Source: Octopus sinensis
Lineage: Eukaryota
Reading direction: 5' to 3'
DNA: 64,000 nucleotides
Assembly (NCBI RefSeq): GCF_006345805.1
Contig: NW_021833815.1
Span: forward strand, 10,778 to 74,777
Translations under genes and position numbers: made by a program
Part shown: positions 1-13,681 of the stretch, piece by piece
Layout: each line of letters opens with the position of its first letter
How positions within the stretch are numbered: the first letter of the stretch is position 1
The notes under the pieces: generated by a model
Told to the model about the DNA's origin: nothing
What the model saw: the letters and a program-made list of their open reading frames with translations, nothing else
Databases searched by the model: none

Positions 1-192
1 GTTGGTAATTTTCCAGATGGCCGCAGGTCAGAGACTGAAACCAGAAATAATTAATAAATAAATAAACATCTTGTTAGAAAATGTATATTTCAATTAAAAT
101 ATCTAATTAGTGTGTTAATTAGTAACTTGAATTCTTAGAGACGGCTGAACTGAGTTGTGAGGGAAATTTGTTAATAATAATAATAATAATAA

Positions 193-405
193 TGGTTTTA
201 AATTTTGGCACAACGCCACCAAATTCGGGGATGGCCGGGTATTTGCAAGTCGGCAACATCAACCCTAATGTTCAACTGGTACTTATTTTATCGAGCTCGA
301 AATTATGAAAGGCAGAGTCGACCCCGGCGGCATTTGAACTCACATCGTAAAGTCGGAAGAAATGACGCTAAGCATTTTGTCCGATGCGCTAACGATTCTG
401 TCAGG
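193..405 (-). mobile_element. Family A SINE
   Basis: Reverse complement of the family A body (CTGGTACTTATTTTATCGA..GAAAGGCAGAGTCGACC..TTTGAACTC). A separate family A tail fragment lies at 412-443. Confidence 0.8.
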
Positions 406-1749
406 TAATAATATATTTCTTTACTACCCACAAGGGGCTAAAGTTTGAACTTTATCCTTTCCTTATATACAGAGAAAAGTTGCTTTTGGTTTGTTGGTGT
501 TTTCTTGTTGCGCCAACCAGTTTCCCCTTTGCTTGTTTCTACATGTTTTTCTTTTCTTTTAACCTTGCTGTTGTTATTTTATATTAATTTTCTCTATGAA
601 ACAGATTTTTCCACTTGTACACAGAATAGGTATTCAGAAATGGTTAAAATAATTTTTGTCATAGCTCTTGTGTATTTTATCTCCTTCTTTCGACAAGCTA
701 CCCTCGGCGATTTCTTTGACAAGCACTTTGTTCTTATAGAATTGTCACGGCTTTTCATTGTTTCGCTTCGGGTGGTTTTTACAAGACATCATAATGTCAG
801 CAAGATACATACAAGTTTGTCACAGCTACCTGGATACCCACAACGTAAAGAACTGGAACAATTATCGCAAAGCATTTTGTGCGATGTAGCATTTCCTCAA
901 CTCAACTCCATTGCCCTCGATCCGAACCTTATTTTACCAACGTTGAAAAGTGAAGAACTCAGAAATTTAAATAAAAATAGAGAATTTCGTCTAAACCTCC
1001 AAGAATTCTGTCAATCCTTCGAACTCAAAAGTTTCCTTTATTTTATCGAACCCAGAAGGAAGAAAGGTAAAGTTGATCACACCGGGATTTGAACGCAGAA
1101 CGTGAAAGACTATTTCAAATTAGATACTTGATGCTTTTCATAAAATCTATATACCCTTTAATTAATTATAATTAACCAGTAATGGGATCATTTCATGTTT
1201 TATTCAGGCGTGGTGTATGGTAGACCATGTCTTGCACAACACCTGAGATTATCGCAAACTCATCGACTGGGTCACAGTAAGGTTCCAGATCAGACAACAG
1301 CTCGGATAAATTTAATCCTTGAGCAGATTAAAATAAACCACTGATTAACGGAATCTGTTTTCACTCTGATTGCCACTTCCTCTCGCACGCGAACTCGCAT
1401 ACTTTCTGTTCAACTGTTACACGTTGTTGAAATATTGTCTCGTCTCATTGTTCTTATATTCTTTTACCTGTTTCTGCCCGCGACCTGTAGCCACGCTGAA
1501 GCATCACCATTATTTAAGGAAACAAAAGTGTATTTTCATCTTTGAAAAACTGGGAAAAGCGATTTAAGACATCATTCCTCAATATACCCTTCCATTTTTA
1601 AGATGAAATTGCGTTATTTGAAGGAAGATTGGGTTATTTCTAGCAGCTCTAGCAACCATGTACAAGCACAACTATTTTAATGATAAATGAGGGAGTATCT
1701 AGGTAGTTTCTCTACTTGCTAAAAATAGCTGTTTAACTTCTCTTGAACC

Positions 1750-2250
1750 ACGATTTTCCTCCAAACCGCGAAACCCATATCATTATCTTACACACAACTA
1801 CCGCCACTTTAATTTTAGTAAAACACATTAAACAAAATCTTTAACAAGATATTTAAATGAAACAAAAATGTGTAAGAGAAATAATTCATTCAGATTTCTA
1901 ACATCATAAAGAATTTTACAAACTTTCGGGAGAACGAGAAATAGTTCCTTTTTGTTTTTCTTTTCTGATCTGAAATAGTGTATCTCGAAGCACACGCATA
2001 AAGTTATAAAGGGTTTTCAACCCAATATTTACATGCTATTGTTTATAGCGTTATGAGTGTGTGCTTCGAGCTATACTATTTCAAAAAACAAAAACAAAAA
2101 AATTTCTTATTTTCAAAATGATTTATAGAATTTGTTATATTAAATATATATTTTAGTTAATCTTATTGAAAGACTTTTTATTTTGGAGAACACCAGAATT
2201 TTTTCTACGAAACCCTGAGGTTTCTTGGAGTCCACTTCGAGAAACAGTTG
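1750..2250. mobile_element. Decayed hAT (Charlie/Buster-like) MITE with long internal palindrome
   Basis: The right end GAAACCCTGAGGTTTC..TTCGAGAAACAGTTG resembles hAT termini. Internal inverted arms TGAAATAGTGTATCTCGAAGCACAC (1971-1995) and GTGTGCTTCGAGCTATACTATTTCA (2059-2083) extend loosely to about 1835-2180. Confidence 0.55.
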
Positions 2251-2331
2251 ACCAGACAATATAATCCCTGACGTACAAAAAAGATTGGATGATCACAGTT
2301 GGCCTTCGATAACTTGTCAACACGATCTACA

Positions 2332-2592
2332 CCCGTGATTCTCAACCATCTCTTACCTATGGACCCTTGTGATCCCTACTTTACTCGGTTGGAGGGGACC
2401 CCCATAGCCATTCGACCTTTGAAATCTATTATTGTTTCATGATTAAATACTATTAGGAATTGTATCAAAGAATTGTCTCAATATTTTGTTCATTGTAGAA
2501 GCGCGGCTGGTTTGTTGCGCATGAATTTCAACCACAAAATGTTATATGAACCCCGCTCGGGGCCGTATTGGTCTCCGGTTGTGAAGCACGAG
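2332..2592. mobile_element. hAT-like MITE (~260 bp)
   Basis: Imperfect TIRs CCGTGATTCTCAACC ... GGTTGTGAAGCACGAG, similar to CAGTGGTTCTCAACC-type hAT ends. It interrupts a family C repeat. Confidence 0.55.
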
Positions 2593-2967
2593 CCTCAACT
2601 GGCCGGGCTCTGAACAACAACAACAAGTTACAAATGCATTGGCTTTGCATGAAAACTACTTTCTTCCATGTTTTACATTTATTATGTCGACATTGTTATA
2701 TCGTATTGTAAACTTGGGTTGAATTGTAATTATATACAAACAGATTGTATCTAATGAAATATCATTTTACAAAGTGTAATTTCAAATAATTACTTGGCAC
2801 AAACATATATTAACTTGACAAGAACACCTGGGTTTATATATGAAAGCAAAACGTCAACTAACCATTTTCTTAGAGATCACGCTGTGGGGTAGAGCGGGTT
2901 CACAGAGTTTCTTCCAGTTCAGCTGCTACCAATGTATGTATATATATATATATATATATAATGTATG

Positions 2968-3013
<46 letters not shown>

Positions 3014-3210
3014 TATATGTACCTGTGTGTATACACTCACTTTTCTGCTCTCACATGACGGGGACAATGGACAATTACCCTGTCACCTTGTCACATATAC
3101 ACCCGCCGTACCTTTACATATATATAACTTTATCCAGTAACTTTTTTTTATTAACCGCTATTAACTTATTTTCATCTCTCCCTGTTTTTCATCCACCTCA
3201 CTCTCCTCCC

Positions 3211-3625
<415 letters not shown>

Positions 3626-3704
3626 AACACGCATGTACGTGTGGATATGAGTCTGTGTCCATGTGTATGTGTGTGTGTGCGTGTTTGTGCGTGTATAAGT
3701 ATGT

Positions 3705-3805
<101 letters not shown>

Positions 3806-3907
3806 GTATGCATATACCTGTGTACGTGCGTGTGTGTATGCATCAACTATATATATATGAATCATTCTATCTATCCACCTCTCTCTATATATATATATAT
3901 AATTCTG

Positions 3908-3938
<31 letters not shown>

Positions 3939-4379
3939 AAAATTTTTTTTTTTTTTAATCTTTTGCCTAATTTGCATTAGAATTGAGTGAAAGTTTTTTT
4001 TCCTTTCCGGTAACTCCGTTTGCTGCTATAGGAGGAGGTTGAATGACTGGCATCGCCCAGTGTGTCTGATTGACAACCAGAATAATAGTAGGTAGGTCAC
4101 ACATGTGTCAGCACAATTTCTAATCTCTCTCCTTTCATAACGGACAATCCTCCTACTACTACTCTTCGTACTCTTACTACTCACTTACTTACTCCTCACA
4201 TGTTACTCTGTTGCACAACATTCGAAGATTACTGCAACAACAACAACAATAAACAATACAGCATGGACACGTGTCTTCATTGTCTGTCTCTCTCTCTCCC
4301 TCTTTTTCTCTTTCTCTATTTCTCATTCTCTTTCTCTCTCTCTATGTTCGGTAGTCTGTGTGCGTAACTATTTCTATTA

Positions 4380-4749
4380 TCACACACACACGCACACACA
4401 TAAAACGCATACACAAACACGCACGCACACACACACACATATATGTATATGTATGTATGCATGTGTATATGTATGGTTGTATGTATGTATATATGTGAAT
4501 GAGTATAGGTGTGTAACTTTATATATATATATATAAATATGTATATAAATATATATATATGTATATATATATATGTAATATATATATATAATATACATAT
4601 ATTATATATATATAGAGAGAGATTATATGCATATATATACACATATATAAATATACACGCACATGCAAGCAGACATACACACACGTATATGATGTATATA
4701 GCATCAATACTTTTCTCGTAAATATGTATATATATATACATATATATAA

Positions 4750-4827
<78 letters not shown>

Positions 4828-4832
4828 GTATA

Positions 4833-4888
<56 letters not shown>

Positions 4889-4952
4889 ATATATATATAT
4901 ATCTATATATATAATATATATATATATATATTATATATATATACATATATAT
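4380..4952. repeat. (CA)n/(TA)n compound microsatellite (representative of dozens in the window)
   Basis: Direct reading; such tracts give the [12 protein letters not shown] ORFs. Confidence 0.97.
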
Positions 4953-5250
4953 GAAGTTGAACATACTTTTGCATGTATGTGTCTATATGTACGGTATATA
5001 TCAATCTTTTATATATTTAATTCTATATACACGCATAATTCTATATACACGCGGCCATACGTAGAGACAGACTCTCACATAAATATATATATATGCATTT
5101 TAGATATTTTTTTAAGGTGCAAACCTATGTGATGTACAGAAATATATATATATATATATATTTGTCTATATTCGGAGGTTGTAGATATATAACTTTGACA
5201 CACATAAATATTGTAATTGAAATAGGTGTTAGCATGTATGTATATGTGAT

Positions 5251-5314
<64 letters not shown>

Positions 5315-6447
5315 TGTTTGTGCGTATGCGTGTATGTGCGCGCGGGAGAAGATGTACGGTGTCTTTTGACTAGCTATCCTTAGTGTGAAAAGTAAGCAAA
5401 TTGTTTAAAGCAAAGGCTTTATGTTTCTGTGGACAGAAAAAGGGAAGAGTCAAACGAGTTTCTTGATTTATGAAAGCTTCGTCAGAGAAAAATTAGCCAT
5501 CTTCCGTCCATTGAGATCATTCTTAAGCTGTAACAATTTAAAGAATCTAGAAACTTGTAGAGGACTAAATTAGCCCACCTGGTTTGCACAACAGTGCGTG
5601 CGCAGAAGATCTTGTTGTAGATTGCGCTATTCATTGTGATGTGTGTGTGTGTGTGTGTTATATATGTATATTACGTAAGTCCGAAGTTCCTGAAACAGCT
5701 GTCGTTTTAAAAAAATACGTATTCTCTTCTTAGTTTTCTGTAATTTTTGTGCTCTGTGTAAATATATTTGTACACACACACATATGTATGTATATATGCA
5801 TGCATATATGTGTTAATCGTTTTTGAATATATTCAGATATATGTGTCTATGTGTAACTATATACCTGTCTATCTGTCTGTCTGTATATCCGTCTGTCTGT
5901 CTGTGTGTATGTACGTTTGTCTGCGTGAAGCTTAACTATGTTTATCGGTATCACTGACACACACACACATGCACACGCACACATCCACACACGCATATTT
6001 GTGTCATCCTTAAATGATGACCTATTCTTGTACCTTACACCTCTCCGTGTTCGATAAGGAATTGGCTCTGCTTCCCTCTAATATCATTTCCTGTTATACC
6101 TGGAGCTGCCCCGAACCACCCATCCCCCGACTTGTTCTCCCCGACTTATGGGCATTCTTTCTTTTCATTTTTATGTTTCACATTGTTATTGTTTTTTATT
6201 GTTATCTATTCGTAAAGTGTTGTTGTTCTTCTCCTTATTGCTGCTCTCACCTTTATATTTTACTAAACACTGTCTTCTCTTCCTCCCTTTCCCCCCCTCT
6301 ATCTCTCTCTCTCCCTCTCTCACTGTATGTACCTGTGTTCCTTATTGATACTGTCTCCAGTTTCTTGTGTCTTTTGGAGCAATAAAGGACAGTATGTGAT
6401 AATGTACGGTACCAGTAACATTAGAATGGGTGTTACATAAAGATTAA

Positions 6448-6786
<339 letters not shown>

Positions 6787-7843
6787 TGGTCTATAGATCA
6801 GTAAGTGCAAAAAGATGAGGACAAAGATGTGAGATGAAGCTGCGACCAGTGACAGTGTTGTATTTAGCGCGAAACTGTTAAGATCACGTGGTCGAGGAAG
6901 ATCTCTGAAGCATAAAGTACACAGTCAGCCATGTGGAAATATGGCGATCGCATGTAGCACAGACTCACGTACTTGCTCTATCACATGTTGGTCCCATGTG
7001 CTATTGGCTGGACTGCTGTACCAGGCCAACTTCTCACGACCTCTGAGGGCCTCTTGGCAGGAATGCCAGATCAAGAATTAGGGACAGGTCAGCCCTGATC
7101 GAGCAAAACCTCGATAAAAGATGATTCAGCCGTGACTGATTCAACCCATGGTAAATTTTGTCAAAAACAATGCCCAGGGATGGCAACAAGTGGGATATCT
7201 TTTATCAATAATGTACTTTTTCAGGGTCCACCTGCAGATAAACAACTGCAACAAATTATGTCTCTCACCAAATAAACCCCAGCAACTTCATCACTTTGGC
7301 TGGTAATTAGTTGGGTTCGTCATCGTCCAGTTGGCCCCTCACAAAATATCTGTCTGTCACAACCGCTTCTATCACCCAGTGTCTATGAAACTGGAAGTGC
7401 TGCTTGGTTGCATATCCATAGCACTTGATTCCCGCTCTACATGAAAATTCACCCTAAACCTGACCTCTCTGATCCACAACGGCCGCTATTTCATGTTCAC
7501 TGTGACGCTGTTGCGTTTCTTACCGCTATATTCCCCATAACTGACGTTGACTCTTTAATGTCAAGAGGTTCTTATGGTCGTCACACCGACACCAAAGCAA
7601 TTCACATCAAAATCACCATCAACGGCAATGTCTGAAGTGTTTCATACCCGGCCGTGTACGTCTATACAAAACTCTTTCACTTTTAGTTCCCCACAATTTG
7701 TGTCTCCAGCAACGATTACTTTCTACTCAATACCCTGACATTAACGAATAACTCCCTTCCCGTAAGTTTCATTGTTGGTAGATTGTAGTCTGCCAATCTC
7801 TCTCTCTCTCTCTTTCTTTCTCTGTGTATATATATATATAGAT

Positions 7844-7920
<77 letters not shown>

Positions 7921-8511
7921 CTAGCTTAAGGTGACCCGTCCTACGCGCGGGTAAGAGTGTGGTATATATATAAATGTATACAAATTATATATATATAAAT
8001 ACAGATATATACACTTTGTATATATACATTATATATACATATTTATATATAGAACACACACATACACACACACACACACACATATTTAAATTAATTCAAT
8101 AAATATCTGATTCATAATATTTGTTCTCATGATTGTGTGGTGGTTGTGGCGATGATAATTCTCTCTATGAATGCAGACAGACGTAGAGAGAGAGTGTGAA
8201 AGCGCTGTCGAAGGTGGCAGGGGAAGATATAGGACGCTGTGAAACGACGTTATAGAGAGAAAGTGAAGGGAAGGGAGGAAAGAGAGAGAAACGGAGGAAG
8301 ACAGATACATAAAAGAATGAGAGGAGACTTGTCAAAATGTGCGTTTTTCGCCCTAGTAACCACACCTTTTAAGATAGGGATTTCTAACCTAGCCCACTCC
8401 CATGCTCATCTCATTTTACATGTCCCTGTAAATTTTGGAGTCAATCCGATGGGATCTAGTGGCCTTTAACCCGATCCAAACTTTTCGCATTTCAGAATTA
8501 TAACATAGAGA
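7921..8511 (-). mobile_element. Non-autonomous Helitron (~590 bp) inserted in (GATA)n
   Basis: On the minus strand: 5' end A|TC at 8511, 3' end CTAG|T at 7921, and a GC-rich hairpin ACCCG-N9-CGGGT (7934-7952) 9 nt from CTAG. No TSD. Internal microsatellites. Confidence 0.8.
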
Positions 8512-8564
8512 TAGATAGGTAGATAGATAGATAGATACATATAGATATAAATATAGATATAGAT

Positions 8565-8723
<159 letters not shown>

Positions 8724-8791
8724 TTATAACAAAAGCACACACCTTGTGGTTTTCATAAAATCTTCACGCTCTTTCACATGGTCCGTGTGTG

Positions 8792-8829
<38 letters not shown>

Positions 8830-9168
8830 TGTGTGTGCGTGTGTGTGTGTGTGTTATCAGTTCTATCTAACTCAATATTTAATGTTTTCTCACATAACTC
8901 TAGTTTTGATAGTTTTTTCTTTTTCCTTTTCATGGCCACCTTTTAATTCCTCCTCACCTGACGCCAAGTTCTTCCCTTCATGCCAAATGCGGTGGCTTCT
9001 CTCATTTACCTTTTAATCGACCTCGTTAATTCTTTCTTGTTTCTTTACTCCTCATATTACCTGATAATTTATCACGCACACACACGCACATACACACGCA
9101 CGCACACGCACATACACACACACCACAAGCTACACTTGCAGAAATTCTCACTCTCTCCTCTCTCTCTT

Positions 9169-9208
<40 letters not shown>

Positions 9209-10081
9209 GCTTTCTTCAAAATCTCTCCAGTTCCTGACTCTTTCAACATGTTTAATTACCAGCAATTTCCATTATGAGCACCATAAACTCCATAAATTCT
9301 GCGGTTAAGGAATCCGAACCAAAGTCATTTCCTGTAAGACCTGGAATAAATTTCAATCCACAATCATCATCGAATCTGTTCTCGTTGTGTTGCGAAGTAT
9401 CAGTTGGCCGACATAACCACACGTTTAACTCGTAAAAATATGTCAGTAAAGTTAATCCTTACCCGTGTTATTCTATGGAATTGATTCTTAATCCCATTAA
9501 ATATATTTTTATCTTTAATCCTGTCAATAAATTTGATCTCTCTTTCATCGCTTCTAAATCCATTTTGTTGTTCCGAATTCATTTCAACTGTTTTTCTTTC
9601 TTTTCTTTCTCTCTAGTTTCCTCATTACATAGGGAACGTTAATCGCGTTCAGGGACGACACCATAAACAATAAACAAACAACTGCATTAATATAAATAAA
9701 TAAATAATGGTTGTAGTTCTAAGCTTTGTTTTCTATATTGGTCGTTAAACTCTTATTTCTAAAATATGATAAAAAATTCTAGTGAAATAATCGATAACTA
9801 AAGCTATATCACCCGTAAAATCAAAAGTATTCGAACGAAAATAAAGAATAATTTCAAATAATTCACACTGCAACGCACATTTTCCTCCTCTTCCTCCTCC
9901 TCATTATCATCGTCGTCATCATCTTCATCATCGTCTTCCTTCTTCTTCGTCGTTGGCGTTACCACCTCCACCACCACCACTGCAATAAAACGTGATGTCA
10001 TTTATCACCGATGATTTCTTCCAAACTGATATTATTAATAAAGGTTTCTTATCGGAATTAATGGTGCACATGAATGCAAAA

Positions 10082-10163
10082 ACTTACCATTCTTCATAGA
10101 ATATACCATTTTAGAATACTTACCATTTTAGAATACTTACCATTTTAGAATACTTACCATTTT
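10082..10163. repeat. 17-bp tandem repeat (CTTACCATTTTAGAATA)n
   Basis: 3-4 near-identical copies plus a degenerate first copy. Confidence 0.9.
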
Positions 10164-10509
10164 TTAAGGACTTTTATTTTACTATAAGCCAAACAATTCT
10201 ACCTTATTTTAAATCAACACCATTCTCAATATCATTATTTGCCATGGTTGTTGACTGGAAGCTAAGAAAGCAAAGTTGATCTCGGCAGGAGTTGAACCCA
10301 AAACGTAGACTTCAGTAACTAAATAACACTAACCAATGTTTTGTCAAATATTTAACGGTTTTGCTAATCTCTTAACCTTTTTTTAGAATTAGATTAATAG
10401 GGAATCTTAGGAAACCTGGGGATACTCGACACATTTCTAAAGACAACCAATTATATTGAAGATCAAACCGAAATTTCCAAAGACTAAAAGAGCATCTAGC
10501 AACATCATG

Positions 10510-10825
10510 TTTTGTCCAGTTGGGTAAATAGAGGTTTTTTCATTGAAACCACTGTCGTAGCCGATGGGAATGCATCGCAGCTCTTCGCGCTGGCGTTTGA
10601 AACTCTGAGTACTATTATGACAACCGCGTGTGTACCGTTGGCGATTTTTTTCCTCCGTCTTCCCTTCTTTGGATCTTTCCTTTTCCTATGTTTCTGACGA
10701 AGAGCTCCGCTCGAAACGTTAAACCCTCTTTCCTTCTTTCCTGAGCGTCCAATAATACTATATTTGTTCCACGTCCTCGCGTTGTTGTGTTTTCTCTTTG
10801 TGTTTTCATGGTTGGATTAACTACA
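10510..10825 (+). mobile_element. Penelope-like element LTR fragment ending in (TA)n
   Basis: CpG-rich segment containing the CTGAnGAAG..CGAAACGT signature typical of Penelope-like LTRs, followed by a T-rich tract running into (TA)n. The left boundary is approximate. Confidence 0.65.
10690..10724 (+). ncRNA. Minimal type I hammerhead ribozyme
   Basis: GUUU | CUGACGA | A | GAGC-UCC-GCUC (stem II) | GAAA | palindromic ACGU helix III | GUU cleavage triplet (cut after 10720) | AAAC, which pairs with the upstream GUUU as stem I. Confidence 0.7.
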
Positions 10826-10845
10826 TATACATATATATATATAAT

Positions 10846-10898
<53 letters not shown>

Positions 10899-11049
10899 GA
10901 GTATGTGTGTGTATATATATTACACATATATGAATATATGGATATACATTTGAGTGTGTATGTTTATGTATATTATATTTTGTAAATACATATGTATACA
11001 TATATATTACACATATAGACATATATATATGTATATATATTTGTATATA

Positions 11050-11103
<54 letters not shown>

Positions 11104-11104
11104 G

Positions 11105-11158
<54 letters not shown>

Positions 11159-11676
11159 CATACATATATCATATATATGCGCGCACATGTGTGTGTATGC
11201 GCTAGTGTGTATACATCTGCGTGTGTGTGTGTTTTTGTGCATATGTGGGTAGTAATATTCCGTGTAAGTGTTGAAGTGGAAGTCGTGTGTATGGTTCTCA
11301 AATTGTATTTGTACATCGAGGAGTTAAAAAATAAAATAAAATAAAATCTATGGAAACCTAAACAAATTAAGATATTAAAAACCAAAAGTGATTAACCCTC
11401 ACCCGAAGCCCTCAATAAGTTCAAAAAACGACATTTTACGTGAATCTGATAACTATTTCATAACCAGGTGACAACCAGCTCACATCCGACAACAAGTCTG
11501 CTCTATTTGTCGACAATATGTCGCTCGTTCCGTATTTCTATCGCCAACAGAAACCGTTCAGTTATTTAAGAGATTTCAACTCACAAATCTGATGGCGGTT
11601 CCATTGTTTTAACAGGGATTCTCCTTATTCCGTTCGCTACGGCTGTTGTAGTTGTTGTTGTTGTTATTGCTGTTGC

Positions 11677-11778
<102 letters not shown>

Positions 11779-12163
11779 CTACTTCCTCCATTCCACCACC
11801 ACCACCACGACCCCCAAAAGCCGTGTCACCGTATTTATGTCTTTTAAATATTTCATCCTCTTTAACAAATTCCTCTCAAATCTCTCGGCCGGATGTCAAA
11901 CGCTTCAAATCGACGCGCGAGCAAATATTAAGTCTTTTGCTTCACATATATTCCTAGACACACACACACATACACACACACATACATATGCGCACATATA
12001 CATCACCACACACACACACATACACACACACACACATATACACACACATATATGTATACTCACATGTTTACATGCATACATATATGTGTGTGTCTATACA
12101 TATATATATATACTTAAATATATATACATATATATATATATAGACATATATACAAATATATAT

Positions 12164-12226
<63 letters not shown>

Positions 12227-13228
12227 GCTCGCGCGCGCATAGGATTTCGCTCTGTAAAGACGTACTTAGTTATTCGACCAGCGGGGAAATTGGCTGAAAA
12301 TTCCAAAGACTGTCAAGCAGAAACGACAACAACTAAAACAATGAGACAAGTGAGACCTTTGAAGTTCGGGCTTCTACACAGTTTCCATCACGTGGTTTAA
12401 CTTTTCCTGGGGGTGAAGGAACCTGCCCGACGTGTCATGAGGGGGGATCGAACTGGAATTTCGTTGTTGAGAAGAAAATTAATTAAGCGGTCAGAGATAC
12501 CAGTCGACACACACATATATGTATACACACGCACTCGCAGCTATACACACACATACACACACATATCTATAGGTATATATATATATAGCATAAGTACCAG
12601 CTTTTAAAAACAATAAGTCCTGGAGACGATTCATTCGATTAAAAATTCTTCGAGGCGGTGCCCCAGCATGGCCGCAATCTTAAGTAGTCGTTGAGACTGT
12701 TGGAAAGAGCAGTTAAATCTCACTCAAATCCCTCGTTATTGTCTCACAAAAGTAAAAAGACATTGCGAAATGTTATTAGTATTCTTTCTAGAACTTAGTT
12801 AAGGTGGGCATGGTTGGATCATTTCTGGGATGTGTTCGACCAAGCGCTGACCCGCAGCTAAACAACTACATCTACAATATCAGCATTAGATATATGCTTT
12901 CTTTTATTCGTTTATATGTTTCAGCCCTAAGGCTATGGCCATGCTGGGGCAGCGCATATATATATTCATATATATAAAATGAAATCTCTTAATCCAGAAG
13001 TCACAAGAGATTATGCTTTTGTTTATTTGTTTCCTTCTGGGAACAGCGACAGACTTCTTTTAAGAAGATAAACCTGAAGAGAATGGTGTACATTATTCCT
13101 CTTGTTTGCTGTCAATCAATTCTTAGAATATACTCTATTGAAGTGACTCACGGTTCAAACAGGAACTACTGTAGATTTTGTGGTTGTTTTTTGAGTGGAC
13201 GATGTCAAGATTGTGTTAAGATCATGTC

Positions 13229-13270
<42 letters not shown>

Positions 13271-13363
13271 TTAATAATAATAATGATGATCATGATGATC
13301 ATGATGATCATGATCATGATGATCATGATCATGATGATCATGGTGGTGGTGGGGGTGATGATA

Positions 13364-13660
13364 ATCACTTGCAATTTGAAATTGCAAGAATTTAGAATAT
13401 GAAAACTGTAAAGGTTGGGCCTATAATAATTGGTGCATTGGGAACTGTAAGCAAAGATATGGAGAAATGGTTGAAAGATATTGGAATATAATGTCCTGTA
13501 GAGTTTCTGCAGAAGGTTTGCCTCTTAAGGACATGAAAAATTATCAGGAGGGTTCTAAGCACTCGAAAGACTATTGAAAAATTGTGTATACCTAGGGTTA
13601 CAGGTAGTAACCCGCTACCCACCCAAACCTTGCCAGGAATAAGTCAAATCAATAATAACA
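13364..13660 (+). mobile_element. 3' fragment of R4/Dong-clade (restriction-like endonuclease) non-LTR retrotransposon
   Basis: One frame reads LQFEIARI*NMKTVKVGPIIIGALGTVSKDMEKWLKDIGI*CPVEFLQKVCLLRT*KIIRRVL, matching the R4/Dong RLE C-terminal pattern (PIVIGALG..LQK..LLGT..I.R.VL). The 3' UTR has a hairpin GGGTTAC-AGGTA-GTAACCC (13595-13613). Flanked by (AAT)/(GAT) repeats. Confidence 0.85.
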
Positions 13661-13681
13661 ATGATAATAATACTGATGATG

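Noticed and set aside
5512-5534. TGAGATCATTCTTAAGCTG resembling bantam miRNA (also TGAGATCATT near 54666)
   Set aside because: No complementary arm to form a precursor hairpin, and the 3' half diverges.
6955-7005. Short hairpin TAGCACA...TGTGCTA near an E-box and CCAAT motif
   Set aside because: The stem is short and bulged, within chance expectation. Similar small hairpins at 48367-48401, 54329-54356 and 56233-56276 were also set aside.
9258-9340. Possible small minus-strand coding exon (LTGNDFGSDSLTAEFMEFMVLIMEIA)
   Set aside because: Splice sites are weak, the peptide is unrecognisable and there are no partner exons.
10082-10163. CRISPR-like array
   Set aside because: Contiguous repeats without unique spacers, eukaryotic context and no cas genes; the same holds for the other minisatellites.
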